A DNA stretch of 64,000 nt from an uncultured bacterium (GCA_913009335.1 CAJVXN010000001.1:71709-135708); one strand, 5' to 3'; counted from the stretch's first letter, positions 1 through 10,335 are shown. Notes: generated from the letters alone by a model not told the origin. Numbers and translations: made by a program.

Positions 1-2
1 AT

Positions 3-1277
3 TACGCGTTAAAATCCGGAATATACCCCAGAAGAAAAAAGCTAAAAATCAGCAAAACGAAAATAGCAATAATCGGATCCGGGCCGGCAGGGCTAACAGC
101 AGGCTACATGCTTGCCAATAAAAAATATGATGTTACGATTTTCGAAGCTCTGGATGTTGCCGGCGGAGCACTAGCTGTCTCTATACCGGAATACAGGCTA
201 CCGAAGAATATACTCAAAATCGATATAAAAAATATTACGAATGCCGGCGTAAAAATTAAAACTAAAAACAGAATCGGCAAAGACATATCTTTTAATAGCC
301 TTGTAAATAACTACAGTGCCGTATTTATCGCAACTGGCGCGCATAACTCACGCAGGCTTCATATTCCGGGAGAAAACAGTAACGGAGTTATCAAAGCTAT
401 GAAATTCCTAAAAGATATATGCCTTAATAAAAAAATAAAAATAGGTAAAACAGTCGGCATTATTGGCGGAGGCAATGCTGCCGTAGATGCAGCAAGAACG
501 GCGATTAGGCTTAAAAATTGTGATAAAGTTATTATAATCTATAGGAGGACAGAAGCGGAAATGCCCGCGTTTAAAGAAGAAATAGACGCCGCAATCCAAG
601 AAGGCATTAAGATTCAATACTTGAGTGCCCCGACTAAAATAATAACTAAAAATAAAAATATATTAGGTGTTGAGTGCGTCAAAATAAAATTAGGCCAAGT
701 TGACGAAAGCGGCAGAAGAAAACCTATTCCTATTAAAGATACAGAATTTTTTATTAAACTAGATACGTTGATCGTAGCGGTCGGGGAAAAACCCGATCTT
801 TCTTTTCTTGGCAAGAAACAACTCGTAAAAACTTCCAAAGCAAACACGATAGTCGCATGCCCACAGACACTAGCTACAAATCTAAATAATGTTTTTGCCG
901 GAGGAGATGTTGTTACGGGCCCTAATACCGTGATAGATGCCGTCTCAGCCGGTAAAATCGCCGCAGAAATGATAGATAAGTACATCCAAGGAAAAAAAAT
1001 AACCAGGAATTACAAACTAAGCAGGCCATCTATGTATGTAAAACCAATAGAACTAACAGAGCAGGAAATTAAAGAAGCGCAAAAACCTGAAATACCATCC
1101 ATGGATGCCAGTAAAAGAATAAACAATTTTAATGAAGTAAACTTAAATATAACAAATAAGATGGCAATAAAAGAAGCCAGGCGCTGTCTACGCTGTGATT
1201 TAGAAACCGAAGATGCAAAAAAAATAATTAAAACTTTAGAACAAAAACACACCAAAAAGAAAAAACGTAATGGATAA
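3..1277 (+). CDS. GltD/SudA-like FAD/NAD(P)H-dependent oxidoreductase (probable diaphorase subunit of an NAD(P)-linked formate dehydrogenase), 5'-truncated by window edge
   Basis: Frame is open upstream of the listed ATG (KIAIIGSGPAGLTAG). Second dinucleotide motif IIGGGNAAVDAAR, YRR motif, FAGGD, C-terminal EARRCLRC. Overlaps fdhF start. Confidence 0.85.
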   Translation, partial: YALKSGIYPRRKKLKISKTKIAIIGSGPAGLTAGYMLANKKYDVTIFEALDVAGGALAVSIPEYRLPKNILKIDIKNITNAGVKIKTKNRIGKDISFNSLVNNYSAVFIATGAHNSRRLHIPGENSNGVIKAMKFLKDICLNKKIKIGKTVGIIGGGNAAVDAARTAIRLKNCDKVIIIYRRTEAEMPAFKEEIDAAIQEGIKIQYLSAPTKIITKNKNILGVECVKIKLGQVDESGRRKPIPIKDTEFFIKLDTLIVAVGEKPDLSFLGKKQLVKTSKANTIVACPQTLATNLNNVFAGGDVVTGPNTVIDAVSAGKIAAEMIDKYIQGKKITRNYKLSRPSMYVKPIELTEQEIKEAQKPEIPSMDASKRINNFNEVNLNITNKMAIKEARRCLRCDLETEDAKKIIKTLEQKHTKKKKRNG

Positions 1278-3945
1278 AATTACACTTACAATCAACGCAA
1301 TCCCGATAAAGGCCGATAGGAATATAAGCGTATTACAGGCAGCGCTAAAAAATAATATTTACATCCCTCATCTTTGCTATAATCCCGATTTGAAAGTAGC
1401 CGGCGTGTGCCGGTTATGTATAGTTGAGGTCAAAGACCGGAAGCTGACTACCTCATGTAATCTAAAAGTCGAAGAAGGCCTTATTATTACAACAGACAGC
1501 CCGCAGATTAAACAATTACGCCGTGTTATCATAGAATTACTTATTACAAACTATCAAGGAAACTACCCTAAGCTTAGTGAAACTGATGATTCCCAACTTC
1601 GAAAAGTCGCCGCTTATGTTGAAATAAAACCCAATCGATTAAGAAGATTAAGGGGACCTACTAAAATAATTCCTATTGATAAATCAAATCCATTCTTTAG
1701 GCGAGACCATAATAAATGCGTACTCTGTGGCATATGCGTTAGAACCTGCCGGGAGCTTCAAAAGGTAAGTTGTATCGATTTCGCATTCCGAGGATATGAT
1801 ACTAAAGTCAGCACATTCGCGAATAAGCCCATAGCAGAATCTAATTGCGAATCTTGCGGAGAATGCGTCATGCGATGCCCAACAGGAGCACTATCACCCA
1901 AAAAATTACAGACGGCATCACGTAAAACTAAAACCATTTGCTCTTATTGTGGGGTTGGATGCGGTATGTATCTAGGAGTTAAAGGTAAAAAAATCGTCAG
2001 TGTAATCGGTGATAAAGATAATCCTGTAAATCACGGCAGTCTATGCGTAAAGGGGCGCTTTGGTTACGATTTTATTAACCACCCAGAGCGTTTAACCTCT
2101 CCCCTAATTAAGAAAAACGGAAAATTCATCAGGTCTAGCTGGGAAGAAGCATTAAAAGTTATTACGAAAAAATTCTCCATCTACCGGGGAGATAAATTTG
2201 CTACCCTATCTTCCGCTAAATGCACCAATGAAGAAAATTATCTCATTCAGAAGTTTACCAGAGCAGTAATGGGCTCAAACCATATAGACCACTGCGCCCG
2301 ACTCTGCCATGCGCCTACGGTCGCGGGTCTTACTCAAAGCTTCGGTAGTGGCGCTATGACAAACTCAATTAACGAAATCGGTAAAGCTGACTGTATCTTA
2401 GCTATAGGCACTAATACCACATCGGCTCATCCCATAATCAGCCTCCAGATAAAAAATGCGGCAGAAAACGGGGCAAAAATTATTATAGCTAATCCCAAAG
2501 AAATTGATCTGTGCTCCTTCGCCGATATTTTCCTGCAGCATAAGCCCGGCAGTGACGTAGCATTACTTATGGGCATGATGCGCGTTATAGTCGAAGAAAA
2601 ACTTTATGATGCAACATTCATAAAAAACCACTGTGAAAATTTTGAAAGTTTTAAAAAATCACTGGGTAATTTTAACCAAGATTTTGTTGAACGTACCACA
2701 GGTGTGGCTTTTCGCGATATAGCAAAAGCTGCCCGTCTTTATGCGAAATATAAACCATCAACTATTCTCTTTGCCATGGGAATTACACAGCACTCACACG
2801 GCACAGATAACGTATTGGCCACCAGCAATCTAGCAATGCTTACCGATAATATTGGCAAGCCATCAACAGGCGTTAATCCATTGCGTGGACAGAATAACGT
2901 TCAAGGGGCATGCGATATGGGAGCCTTGCCTAACGTCTACTCCGGATATCAAAAAGTAAACATGCCGAATATAAGAAAAAAATTTGAATTAGCATGGAAA
3001 TGCAAACTACCCTCATCCCCCGGACTAACTCACGTTGAAATATTTGAAGCTATATACAATAAAAAAATTAAGGCTCTTTATTTAGTTGGCGAAAACCCTA
3101 TTATAAGTGAAGCCAATTCCAATCATGTTAAAAATGCTATAAAAAAAATAGATTTTTTCGTGGTCCAGGATATATTTCTAACAGAAACAGCAAAATTAGC
3201 CGACGTAGTTCTGCCTGCTGCCAGCTTCGCGGAGAAAAATGGCACATTCACCAATACCGAACGCCGCGTACAACGTGTACAAAAAGCAATCGAACCTATA
3301 GGCAAGGCAAAACCGGATTGGCAAATAACATGTGCAATTGCCAAAAAAATGAAGGCCAAAGGTTTTGACTTTTCAAACCCCAAACAAATAATGAAAGAAA
3401 TCGCAAGCCTTACACCAAGCTACAAAGGCATAACCTACGAGCGGCTAGAAAATAGTGGTTTACAGTGGCCCTGTCTAAATAAAAAACATCCCGGCACGCC
3501 TATTTTACATGTTGAACGCTTTGCCACTCCAAATGGAAAAGGTAAATTTATGCCATTAGAATATAAACCACCTGCTGAAGTCCCTGATAGTAAATATCCT
3601 TTCATTTTCACTACCGATCGCAGCCTCTTTCACTTCCACACAAGCACTATGTCGCGCAGAGTAGAAGGCCTTGATATATTGAACGGGGAAGAATTCCTTA
3701 ATATTAATCCAAAAGATGCTGCCGGAATAGGAATTACCGATGGCGAGATGGTAAAAGTCTGCTCCCGCCGCGGAAGAATCAAGGTTAGAGCAAAATTAAC
3801 AGATATCTGCCCACAAGGAGTAGCTTCAATGACGTTTCATTTTGCTGAAACCCCAACGAATGTCCTTACCAATTCAGTCCTTGACCCTGTAGCAAAAATC
3901 CCCGAAACAAAAGTATGCGCCGTACAAATAAAAAAAATAAAATAG
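1270..3945 (+). CDS. fdhF: Formate dehydrogenase alpha subunit (Mo/W-bis-PGD, Cys-ligated) with N-terminal Fe-S domains
   Basis: IPHLC...GVCRLC [2Fe-2S], two CxxCxxCxxxC ferredoxin motifs, CSYCGVGC...LCVKG, ARLCHAPT active-site Cys-His, LRGQNNVQG, C-terminal molybdopterin-binding domain. Confidence 0.93.
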   Translation: MDKITLTINAIPIKADRNISVLQAALKNNIYIPHLCYNPDLKVAGVCRLCIVEVKDRKLTTSCNLKVEEGLIITTDSPQIKQLRRVIIELLITNYQGNYPKLSETDDSQLRKVAAYVEIKPNRLRRLRGPTKIIPIDKSNPFFRRDHNKCVLCGICVRTCRELQKVSCIDFAFRGYDTKVSTFANKPIAESNCESCGECVMRCPTGALSPKKLQTASRKTKTICSYCGVGCGMYLGVKGKKIVSVIGDKDNPVNHGSLCVKGRFGYDFINHPERLTSPLIKKNGKFIRSSWEEALKVITKKFSIYRGDKFATLSSAKCTNEENYLIQKFTRAVMGSNHIDHCARLCHAPTVAGLTQSFGSGAMTNSINEIGKADCILAIGTNTTSAHPIISLQIKNAAENGAKIIIANPKEIDLCSFADIFLQHKPGSDVALLMGMMRVIVEEKLYDATFIKNHCENFESFKKSLGNFNQDFVERTTGVAFRDIAKAARLYAKYKPSTILFAMGITQHSHGTDNVLATSNLAMLTDNIGKPSTGVNPLRGQNNVQGACDMGALPNVYSGYQKVNMPNIRKKFELAWKCKLPSSPGLTHVEIFEAIYNKKIKALYLVGENPIISEANSNHVKNAIKKIDFFVVQDIFLTETAKLADVVLPAASFAEKNGTFTNTERRVQRVQKAIEPIGKAKPDWQITCAIAKKMKAKGFDFSNPKQIMKEIASLTPSYKGITYERLENSGLQWPCLNKKHPGTPILHVERFATPNGKGKFMPLEYKPPAEVPDSKYPFIFTTDRSLFHFHTSTMSRRVEGLDILNGEEFLNINPKDAAGIGITDGEMVKVCSRRGRIKVRAKLTDICPQGVASMTFHFAETPTNVLTNSVLDPVAKIPETKVCAVQIKKIK
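3742..3945 (+). repeat. Direct repeat copy 1 (204 bp, 3' end of fdhF)
   Basis: Matches 6510-6713 without gaps, about 17 mismatches by manual count. Confidence 0.93.
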
Positions 3946-4105
3946 ATAGAAAATTTTGAATCCTAAACTATCTAGCCGTACAAAATGGCCCCTTCATTAC
4001 ATCTTTCATTCGCAATTGTATCACTAGTTTTTCGCGGGAAACGCGCTACGTACTTGCCTCAAAATAGAACCGCCCCCTTAAATTAAAAAATAGGTATGAC
4101 TTTTT

Positions 4106-6211
4106 TTAGTTTATCAAAATTTTATATACCTGGCCATCAGTGAAAAACGGATCTCCTGTGAAATTCCGTCCAAAGATTGGCTCAACGAATTTTTGTTTTT
4201 TAAAATCTGTGAAAACATTGGCCTTCTTCATATCATTAAAAAGAAATTCTCGCTCAGTGTCTATGTCCGGTCTTATCTTATGAGTAACTCCCCACTTTAT
4301 ATTGGTGTCTAAACTTACCGTTCCGATATAAATTTGTTTTCCGTCTTCGGTCATATAATTTGTTTTCCAAAATCTTGCATGGTGACGTTCGCGAACATTA
4401 TCTGATTTTGTAGGTTTTTCAAAACCAAAGTCATGTATCTGCTTGTTCCAAAATGACGGCGTCATGGGCGCTTGAGGATATGCTTGTTTTAAGAAAGCCG
4501 CTTTCGCCGTTCTCAACAGTGAAGAAATATTTATCTTATCCGCCAAGAACCAGCCGGAACTTACAAGAGATTTTATGAGTTCCCCATCATTCTTTGTAAG
4601 AATTATAAAACTAAAAGGTTCTTGTCTTTCTCCGGTTAGTGTTTCCGTATATTTTAATTGTTCATCTGAAAAAATATCATTTACATTTTGCACAACGGCC
4701 TCTTTTTGTAAAATTAAAGGTTGATAAACTTGCGGATGATAATTAACAGCAAACATAACAAAAAACACAAGTGAAGCAAAAATCAAAATTGTTGAAATAA
4801 TCCGCGTTTTTATTTGCGGTGAAAATGGGGTACCGTTTTTCTTTATCGAAAACATCCATTCTGAAATACTGATACTTATGATGAGCCATAATGCGCCAAC
4901 CAAATAACCGCCCCATATATCACTTACATAATGAACGCCGAGATACAGGCGGCTAAAGCCGATAACTAATATAAGCGCGATACCAGCAAAAAATAAGTTT
5001 ATTTTTGTTTTCCATCGCTTCGCACCGCGAACAAGCACATATATCAAAAACCCGTAAAAGGCGACCGCTATTGTGGCATGCCCGCTTGGAAAAGAAAAAG
5101 AATGTTCCGCGTAAACTGCCAATTCCGGCCGCGGACGATGAAAAGCAATTTTCCCTAATTTTGTAAAAACTTCACTGCCTATAATAGAAAGAAGTAGTGG
5201 CGCAATATATAATCGTTTACGCCATAGCCATAAAATACCAACAGTTGCAAAAGTAAAACCCAAGACAACTTGCCATTTACCGAGTAATGTAATCCAAAGG
5301 GAAAATTTTGTTATTTCAACACTTCTAAATACAGCAAGTAAATTAGCAATGCGAGTATCCACGGAAACAATAACATCTGCCGTGATGATATCTTCAATAA
5401 TTCCGATAAAAAGAGAAACGGTGTAGATAAACGCAAACAGTAGAAGTGTTGCCGGCAAACCAAAAAATTTACTTTTATCCAACCGTCCTTTTATAAATTT
5501 AAAAAATAAAGCATGTTTCTTTGCCAGTTTTCTAACATCGGGGTTATCTATAATTGCTTGTTTTATTGAATGACATATGGAAATTAAAAAGGAAAAAATT
5601 TGCTTGCCCCTTTTAACTATAATCCACTTAAATATATAAAGAATAAAAATAAAACCAACAAAGGCCGATATAAATACACTTCCCCTTGTTGACCACAAAG
5701 CAACCGCTTCCCATGCTTGCCCAAAGAAAAATCCGATCAGTAAAAAAGTAGTTGCCCAGGCAAAACCGCTAAGGATATTCCATAAAAGAAATCTTTTTCT
5801 GTCCATCTTAAACATTCCGGCAACAAAAGGAATAATTGGCCGTATGGGCCCTACAAATCTACCTAAAAAAATACTCCTCCCGCCATATTTACTAAAAAAA
5901 GATTTTCCTCTATCTAAGTATTTTGATTTGAAAATTCTACTGTCATATCTGAAGATTTTTTTTACATGGCCACCTAGATAATAACTCAAGAGGTCACCAG
6001 CGATTGCGCCAATCGCGGCAAACCAAATTGCATCTCCCAAATCCAAAAATCCTTTTGCTGAAATAAAACCTACTAAGATAACAAAAAACGTGCCGGGGAT
6101 TATAATACCGACAAATGCTAGTGATTCTAAAAAGGATACAAGCAAAACTAGCCAGTATCCTAAAAGGCAAAAATGTTCAATCGTCGGCAATAGGGAAATT
6201 AAAAAATCCAT
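4106..6211 (-). CDS. DedA/VTT - PAP2 phosphatase - LssY-C-like membrane protein (probable undecaprenyl-phosphate recycling)
   Basis: DedA motifs ESLAFVGIIIPG and GRFVGPIR. PAP2 motifs KxxxxRPRP, SFPSGH, SRLYLGVHYxSD. C-terminal domain with RHHARFW and DxDxER. Confidence 0.88.
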   Translation of the reverse strand: MDFLISLLPTIEHFCLLGYWLVLLVSFLESLAFVGIIIPGTFFVILVGFISAKGFLDLGDAIWFAAIGAIAGDLLSYYLGGHVKKIFRYDSRIFKSKYLDRGKSFFSKYGGRSIFLGRFVGPIRPIIPFVAGMFKMDRKRFLLWNILSGFAWATTFLLIGFFFGQAWEAVALWSTRGSVFISAFVGFIFILYIFKWIIVKRGKQIFSFLISICHSIKQAIIDNPDVRKLAKKHALFFKFIKGRLDKSKFFGLPATLLLFAFIYTVSLFIGIIEDIITADVIVSVDTRIANLLAVFRSVEITKFSLWITLLGKWQVVLGFTFATVGILWLWRKRLYIAPLLLSIIGSEVFTKLGKIAFHRPRPELAVYAEHSFSFPSGHATIAVAFYGFLIYVLVRGAKRWKTKINLFFAGIALILVIGFSRLYLGVHYVSDIWGGYLVGALWLIISISISEWMFSIKKNGTPFSPQIKTRIISTILIFASLVFFVMFAVNYHPQVYQPLILQKEAVVQNVNDIFSDEQLKYTETLTGERQEPFSFIILTKNDGELIKSLVSSGWFLADKINISSLLRTAKAAFLKQAYPQAPMTPSFWNKQIHDFGFEKPTKSDNVRERHHARFWKTNYMTEDGKQIYIGTVSLDTNIKWGVTHKIRPDIDTEREFLFNDMKKANVFTDFKKQKFVEPIFGRNFTGDPFFTDGQVYKILIN

Positions 6212-6341
6212 AATTATTCCTTCATTAAATTTTTTCGCCGGAGAAAGCCTTTCATTTAGTCGTCAAAACGCAGGGCTTTTTTGACTGACGAATAGGCTAG
6301 GAGCATATTAAGCATAATTCCACAGCTATCATATTATCAGT

Positions 6342-6370
6342 ATATTATAACTTAACTTCTTTATTGTCAA
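6342..6370 (-). promoter_or_regulatory. Putative sigma70 promoter for the DedA-PAP2 gene
   Basis: Minus strand TTGACA, then TATAAT at 15 bp or TAATAT at 17 bp spacing, about 130 bp upstream of the ATG. Confidence 0.6.
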
Positions 6371-6509
6371 CTAAATAACGATTCTACCTGTTGTGCAACT
6401 TTTCCCTCTATTACGACTGCCTTTCGCTTTAGATGGTCGTAAAATGGTTAGAATAGTATTATTTATCTATTTTTTATTGCACGCTTTAATTTCTTTGATA
6501 TATTTTCCG

Positions 6510-6713
6510 GGCGAGATGGTAAAAGTCTGCTCGCGCCGTGGAAGAATCAAGGTTAGAGCAAAATTAACAGATATCTGCCTGCAAGGAGTAACTTCAATGA
6601 CATTTCATTTTGCTGAAACCCCAACAAATGTCCTTACAAATTCTGTTCTTGACCCTGTAGCAAAAATCCCCGAAACAAAAGTCTGTACCGTGCAAATAAA
6701 AAAATTTAAATAA
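6510..6713 (+). pseudogene. Duplicated fdhF 3' fragment (direct repeat copy 2)
   Basis: Encodes GEMVKVCSRRG...KIPETKVCTVQIKKFK, nearly identical to the FdhF C-terminus, with no upstream fdhF sequence. Confidence 0.9.
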
Positions 6714-6752
6714 ATAATAATCTATGTCTAAAATAATACGGTGAGCGACTGC

Positions 6753-7118
6753 CTAAATACTAATTACGGCTATTTTTAGGGTAGTATGAATGAGGTTCTG
6801 CCATGGCCAAAACATTGCTATTAAAGTAGTATTTTGAAAATCTTTTCTAAATAATGTTTGATTATCGCAAATACCGCCATAGTCTTTTGTCAGGCAAATA
6901 TCTTCCTTGGTAGGCTTTGCTTTTGGATACTTTACCGCCTTGCCTAAAATATTTGTTAATATTTTTTCCCACGCGGCTATTTCTTTACTATAGAATACTA
7001 GTTCACAATAGTTATCATCAGTGATACGTCTTTGATAAACAGTAAGTGAGTCACATTTTTTGACAATCTCCCTTATTACACTATCTGCGTGTTTTATATC
7101 AGGATTAGCTGTTTTCAA
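6753..7118 (-). CDS. Hypothetical protein
   Basis: 121-aa ORF, TTG start with GGAGG-type RBS, co-directional with the cluster. Confidence 0.6.
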   Translation of the reverse strand: MKTANPDIKHADSVIREIVKKCDSLTVYQRRITDDNYCELVFYSKEIAAWEKILTNILGKAVKYPKAKPTKEDICLTKDYGGICDNQTLFRKDFQNTTLIAMFWPWQNLIHTTLKIAVISI

Positions 7119-7191
7119 AAATTTAACCCTCCTCTGTTTAAGGAAAATTATCCGCTTCTTATTTTTTAATTTACCTCAATTAGAAATTTTA

Positions 7192-7578
7192 CTATTTAAA
7201 CCTTAACGCCTTTTCTATCTTATTAATTAAAGAATCTACATCAATAGGCTTGACTAAATAATCAACAACTCCTAACTTATAAGCTTTTAATTTATCCGTA
7301 TCTTTATCTAAAGCAGAAAGAATAATAATAGGGACAGTCTTGCTAACAGAGTCCTGGTTTAACATCTCGCACACATCAAGCCCTCCTATTCCGGGCATAA
7401 GGATATCCAGTAAAATAACTTCCGGCTTAAAACTGTGCACATCGTTAATGATATTCTTCGCGTTAGATAAAGCCAGGACTTCGTATTTTTCCGTAAAATC
7501 AAGGTTCATTTTTGTAATTTTACGAAAATCGTCTTCGTCATCGATTATCATTATCCTTCGTTTCTGCATTTCGGCCAC
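7192..7578 (-). CDS. Single-domain response regulator (CheY-like)
   Basis: IIDDE, LLDILMP phospho-Asp, LSA, YLVKP. Confidence 0.92.
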   Translation of the reverse strand: MAEMQKRRIMIIDDEDDFRKITKMNLDFTEKYEVLALSNAKNIINDVHSFKPEVILLDILMPGIGGLDVCEMLNQDSVSKTVPIIILSALDKDTDKLKAYKLGVVDYLVKPIDVDSLINKIEKALRFK

Positions 7579-9766
7579 CTCCTGTAGTTTTAAAAAATAT
7601 GCTTACTTTCGTACCTATGTCTTTTTTGCTTTCTATCTCGATAATTCCGTTATGCATATCCATTATATTCTTAGTAACTGCCAAACCTAAACCGACTCCT
7701 TCACGAGGGCCTTTTGTAGTGAAAAACGCGTCGAACACCCTGGCAATATTTTCCTTTGATATACCCACACCCGTATCAACAACTTCGACAATTATAACTT
7801 TTTCCCCCGGCCTAAATTTATCATTTACTCTTCTACCCATATCCTTATCGCCAAACGCTAGCTTCTTCGAATACGTACGGATAAATACGGACCCGCTATC
7901 ACCTAAAGACTGAAAGGCATTAATGAATATATTGATAAATACCTGTTCTATCTTTCTTCTGTCTATTAAAATACGGGGTAAATTATCCGGCATATCTTTA
8001 TTGATAGTAAACTCTTTATCTTTAAACCGTTGTGTAGATAAAAGCAAAGATTCCTCTATTACGGACTTTATATCTTCCGGCGTACGGTTCACCGGGGACT
8101 GGCGTGAAAAATCAACCAAGGACCGCACTATGTCATCGGCCCTTTTAATATTGCGCTTCATCATAAGAAGAATCTCTGATCTTTCCTTATTAACGGAAAG
8201 ATTCTTTTCTAAATAATTAACATTTTGAAGTAATATTCCCAAAGGATTCTTAACTTCATGGGCCACTCCGCTTGCCAGCTGCCCTATAGCTTTTAGCTTT
8301 TCTGATTGGATAAGCTGAAATTGAGTGCTCTTTAATTCTTTGTTTACTTTGATTAATTCCTTATGTGTCCGGTCCGCATCTTCAAAGATATTTAATACAG
8401 CTTGCCTTTGTTTTTCTGATTCATCCATACTCTTTTTTAAATCTACGGTTCTCTCCTCTACCCGCTTCTCCAGCATTTGGCTATACTCTTCAATATTCTG
8501 CTTGGCTGCTTTTAACTCTTCAACCATCTTTATCTTTTGTGTAACATCTCTGGTTATATGGATAAACTGGGTTAGCTCTCCTTTTTCATTTCTTAAAGGA
8601 TAGACGCTTATCTCGGCATAGAATTTGTTGCCTTCTTTGTCAAAATGGGTATGCATTATGGAAACTGGTTTTCCTGTTTTTAGGGCCCCGATGACAGGAC
8701 AGGTATCAGATTTACAGGGTTCATCAAGGTGGTGGGTAACCTTATAGCAGGAGTTGCCCACCACCTCTTCCTCTCTAAGGCCGTTGAGCTCTAATATTTT
8801 CTTATTTGCCCAGAGTATCTTAAAATCTCTATCTATAAGCATTATCCCTTCATCAATACCCTCGGTTATTCTTTCGGTTAGCTCCTTTGCCTCCTCTAAA
8901 TCCTCTGTCCTCTGTTTAACCCTATCCTCTAACTCCGCGTTTGCCTGTTCTAATTTTCTCCGAGAGATCTTTAAATCTTGAGTCATTTTGTTGAAAGATT
9001 TAGCCAGCTGGCCTATTTCGTCATCTGATTTCTCCTCTATCACTACAGACAAATCTCCATATTTTGCTATAGCCCGGGTTACCTGCGATAATTCTAAGAC
9101 AGGTTTTACTACCATACGGCGCAAAAAAAACCAAACCGCCGCTAAACTAAATATGACCCCCAAAGTAAACAATAAAATAAGATAAATTATCCTTTTTTTG
9201 ATAAGGCTGTAGTCTGATTCTACAGAGATAACCGACGAAACGGCGGCCATGGTTTTACCTAATTCTATCTTGTGACAGGAAAGACAACTTTCTCGCGCCT
9301 TAACCGGAGTAATATATCTTATCACCCGTAAATCTTTACCCTTTATATTTACAGTCGTCTCACTCTGGAAAGGTTCTCCGGAAAGAGCCCTTTTTTCTAT
9401 CTCATCCCGGGGAAATTCCACTTCACGAGAACTATATAGCCTGGCTATCTCCGGATCTTTAAATGTCCGCGTTATATCCGGAGAATTAATTAGCCTAATA
9501 TCCAAAACATTGCTTCCACTATCCTTTTCTTTTATTCTTATTTCCTCTATTATGCTATATATCGCTTCAGGATCCGAAATACCCAAAGCCATAACCGCTA
9601 CCAATGAATCAAACAATCTCCTATTTATGCCTTCTGCCTCAGAGTATGTTTTCTCTAATAAAATATTTATCTCTGACTTAGCAATATATCCTAAGATCAC
9701 AGTCAGGCTAACAAGAAGAACAAAACCAATTATAGAAACTATTTTTGTGGATAATTTAAATTGCAT
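7538..9766 (-). CDS. Sensor histidine kinase with periplasmic CxxCH (heme c) domain, HAMP, PAS, NtrB-like kinase core
   Basis: Two TM helices, SCLSCH, DEIGQLAKSFN HAMP, PAS with GNSCYKV, AHEVKNPL H-box, DTGVGI / FFTTK / GVGLGL. Confidence 0.9.
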   Translation of the reverse strand: MQFKLSTKIVSIIGFVLLVSLTVILGYIAKSEINILLEKTYSEAEGINRRLFDSLVAVMALGISDPEAIYSIIEEIRIKEKDSGSNVLDIRLINSPDITRTFKDPEIARLYSSREVEFPRDEIEKRALSGEPFQSETTVNIKGKDLRVIRYITPVKARESCLSCHKIELGKTMAAVSSVISVESDYSLIKKRIIYLILLFTLGVIFSLAAVWFFLRRMVVKPVLELSQVTRAIAKYGDLSVVIEEKSDDEIGQLAKSFNKMTQDLKISRRKLEQANAELEDRVKQRTEDLEEAKELTERITEGIDEGIMLIDRDFKILWANKKILELNGLREEEVVGNSCYKVTHHLDEPCKSDTCPVIGALKTGKPVSIMHTHFDKEGNKFYAEISVYPLRNEKGELTQFIHITRDVTQKIKMVEELKAAKQNIEEYSQMLEKRVEERTVDLKKSMDESEKQRQAVLNIFEDADRTHKELIKVNKELKSTQFQLIQSEKLKAIGQLASGVAHEVKNPLGILLQNVNYLEKNLSVNKERSEILLMMKRNIKRADDIVRSLVDFSRQSPVNRTPEDIKSVIEESLLLSTQRFKDKEFTINKDMPDNLPRILIDRRKIEQVFINIFINAFQSLGDSGSVFIRTYSKKLAFGDKDMGRRVNDKFRPGEKVIIVEVVDTGVGISKENIARVFDAFFTTKGPREGVGLGLAVTKNIMDMHNGIIEIESKKDIGTKVSIFFKTTGGGRNAETKDNDNR

Positions 9767-9781
9767 TGTTTTACTCTATAA

Positions 9782-10264
9782 TTACTTATTCTTCTCAGCA
9801 GTTACGGCTTTTTCAAACAAGGAGATCCTATCTAATTCAATGCTCACCTGCTTATTTAAATCGCTAAAATACCCTTTAAGCTTTTTTATGTGTATTTGCG
9901 TGAGAGCATCGCTTACGGAAGAGACTGTATTCAAACCCTTAATATTCAGATCATTCGTCCGTTTTATTGCCCGCAGCCATCCCGTAAGACTGATAAAAAC
10001 ATCCTCATTCAAATCATCTTTATCTATGGCGTTGAAAATATTTATCATATGAAAATAGGCATCTAACTGCGTAGTCGTCATAATGCATGAATCCCACATG
10101 CTGCTTATTAAAACTACGTCGTTGGATTTAACAAGTAAGGGTTTTAATTCTTGCGCCTCCCTAAAAAAATTGTCCCTCATTATCAAAAATGGATTTTCAA
10201 AAGCATAGAGATTAAAATTACATAATAACAATAAACTCAAAAAAATAAGGAATCTTCTTTTCAT
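9782..10264 (-). CDS. Hypothetical exported helical protein
   Basis: N-terminal signal peptide MKRRFLIFLSLLLLC...LYA, GGAGG RBS. Confidence 0.65.
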   Translation of the reverse strand: MKRRFLIFLSLLLLCNFNLYAFENPFLIMRDNFFREAQELKPLLVKSNDVVLISSMWDSCIMTTTQLDAYFHMINIFNAIDKDDLNEDVFISLTGWLRAIKRTNDLNIKGLNTVSSVSDALTQIHIKKLKGYFSDLNKQVSIELDRISLFEKAVTAEKNK

Positions 10265-10335
10265 TTTTTCCCTCCGGGTTAAAGCTCAACCAGCCTTGTT
10301 TTTATATAAATACTCCAGTTTTATTTAAATAAGCT

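Noticed and set aside
2290-2320. Selenocysteine recoding in fdhF
   Set aside because: The active-site codon is TGC (Cys) and the frame is open.
6240-6340. Riboswitch (e.g. fluoride) in the DedA-PAP2 leader
   Set aside because: Only an imperfect hairpin is present; the conserved 5' aptamer motif was not found.
3742-6713. fdhF 3' repeat pair as a diversity-generating retroelement VR/TR
   Set aside because: Mismatches are mostly synonymous and not confined to adenines, and no reverse transcriptase is present.
6393-6713. 106-aa ORF as a real gene
   Set aside because: It is a chance upstream extension fused to the duplicated fdhF tail.
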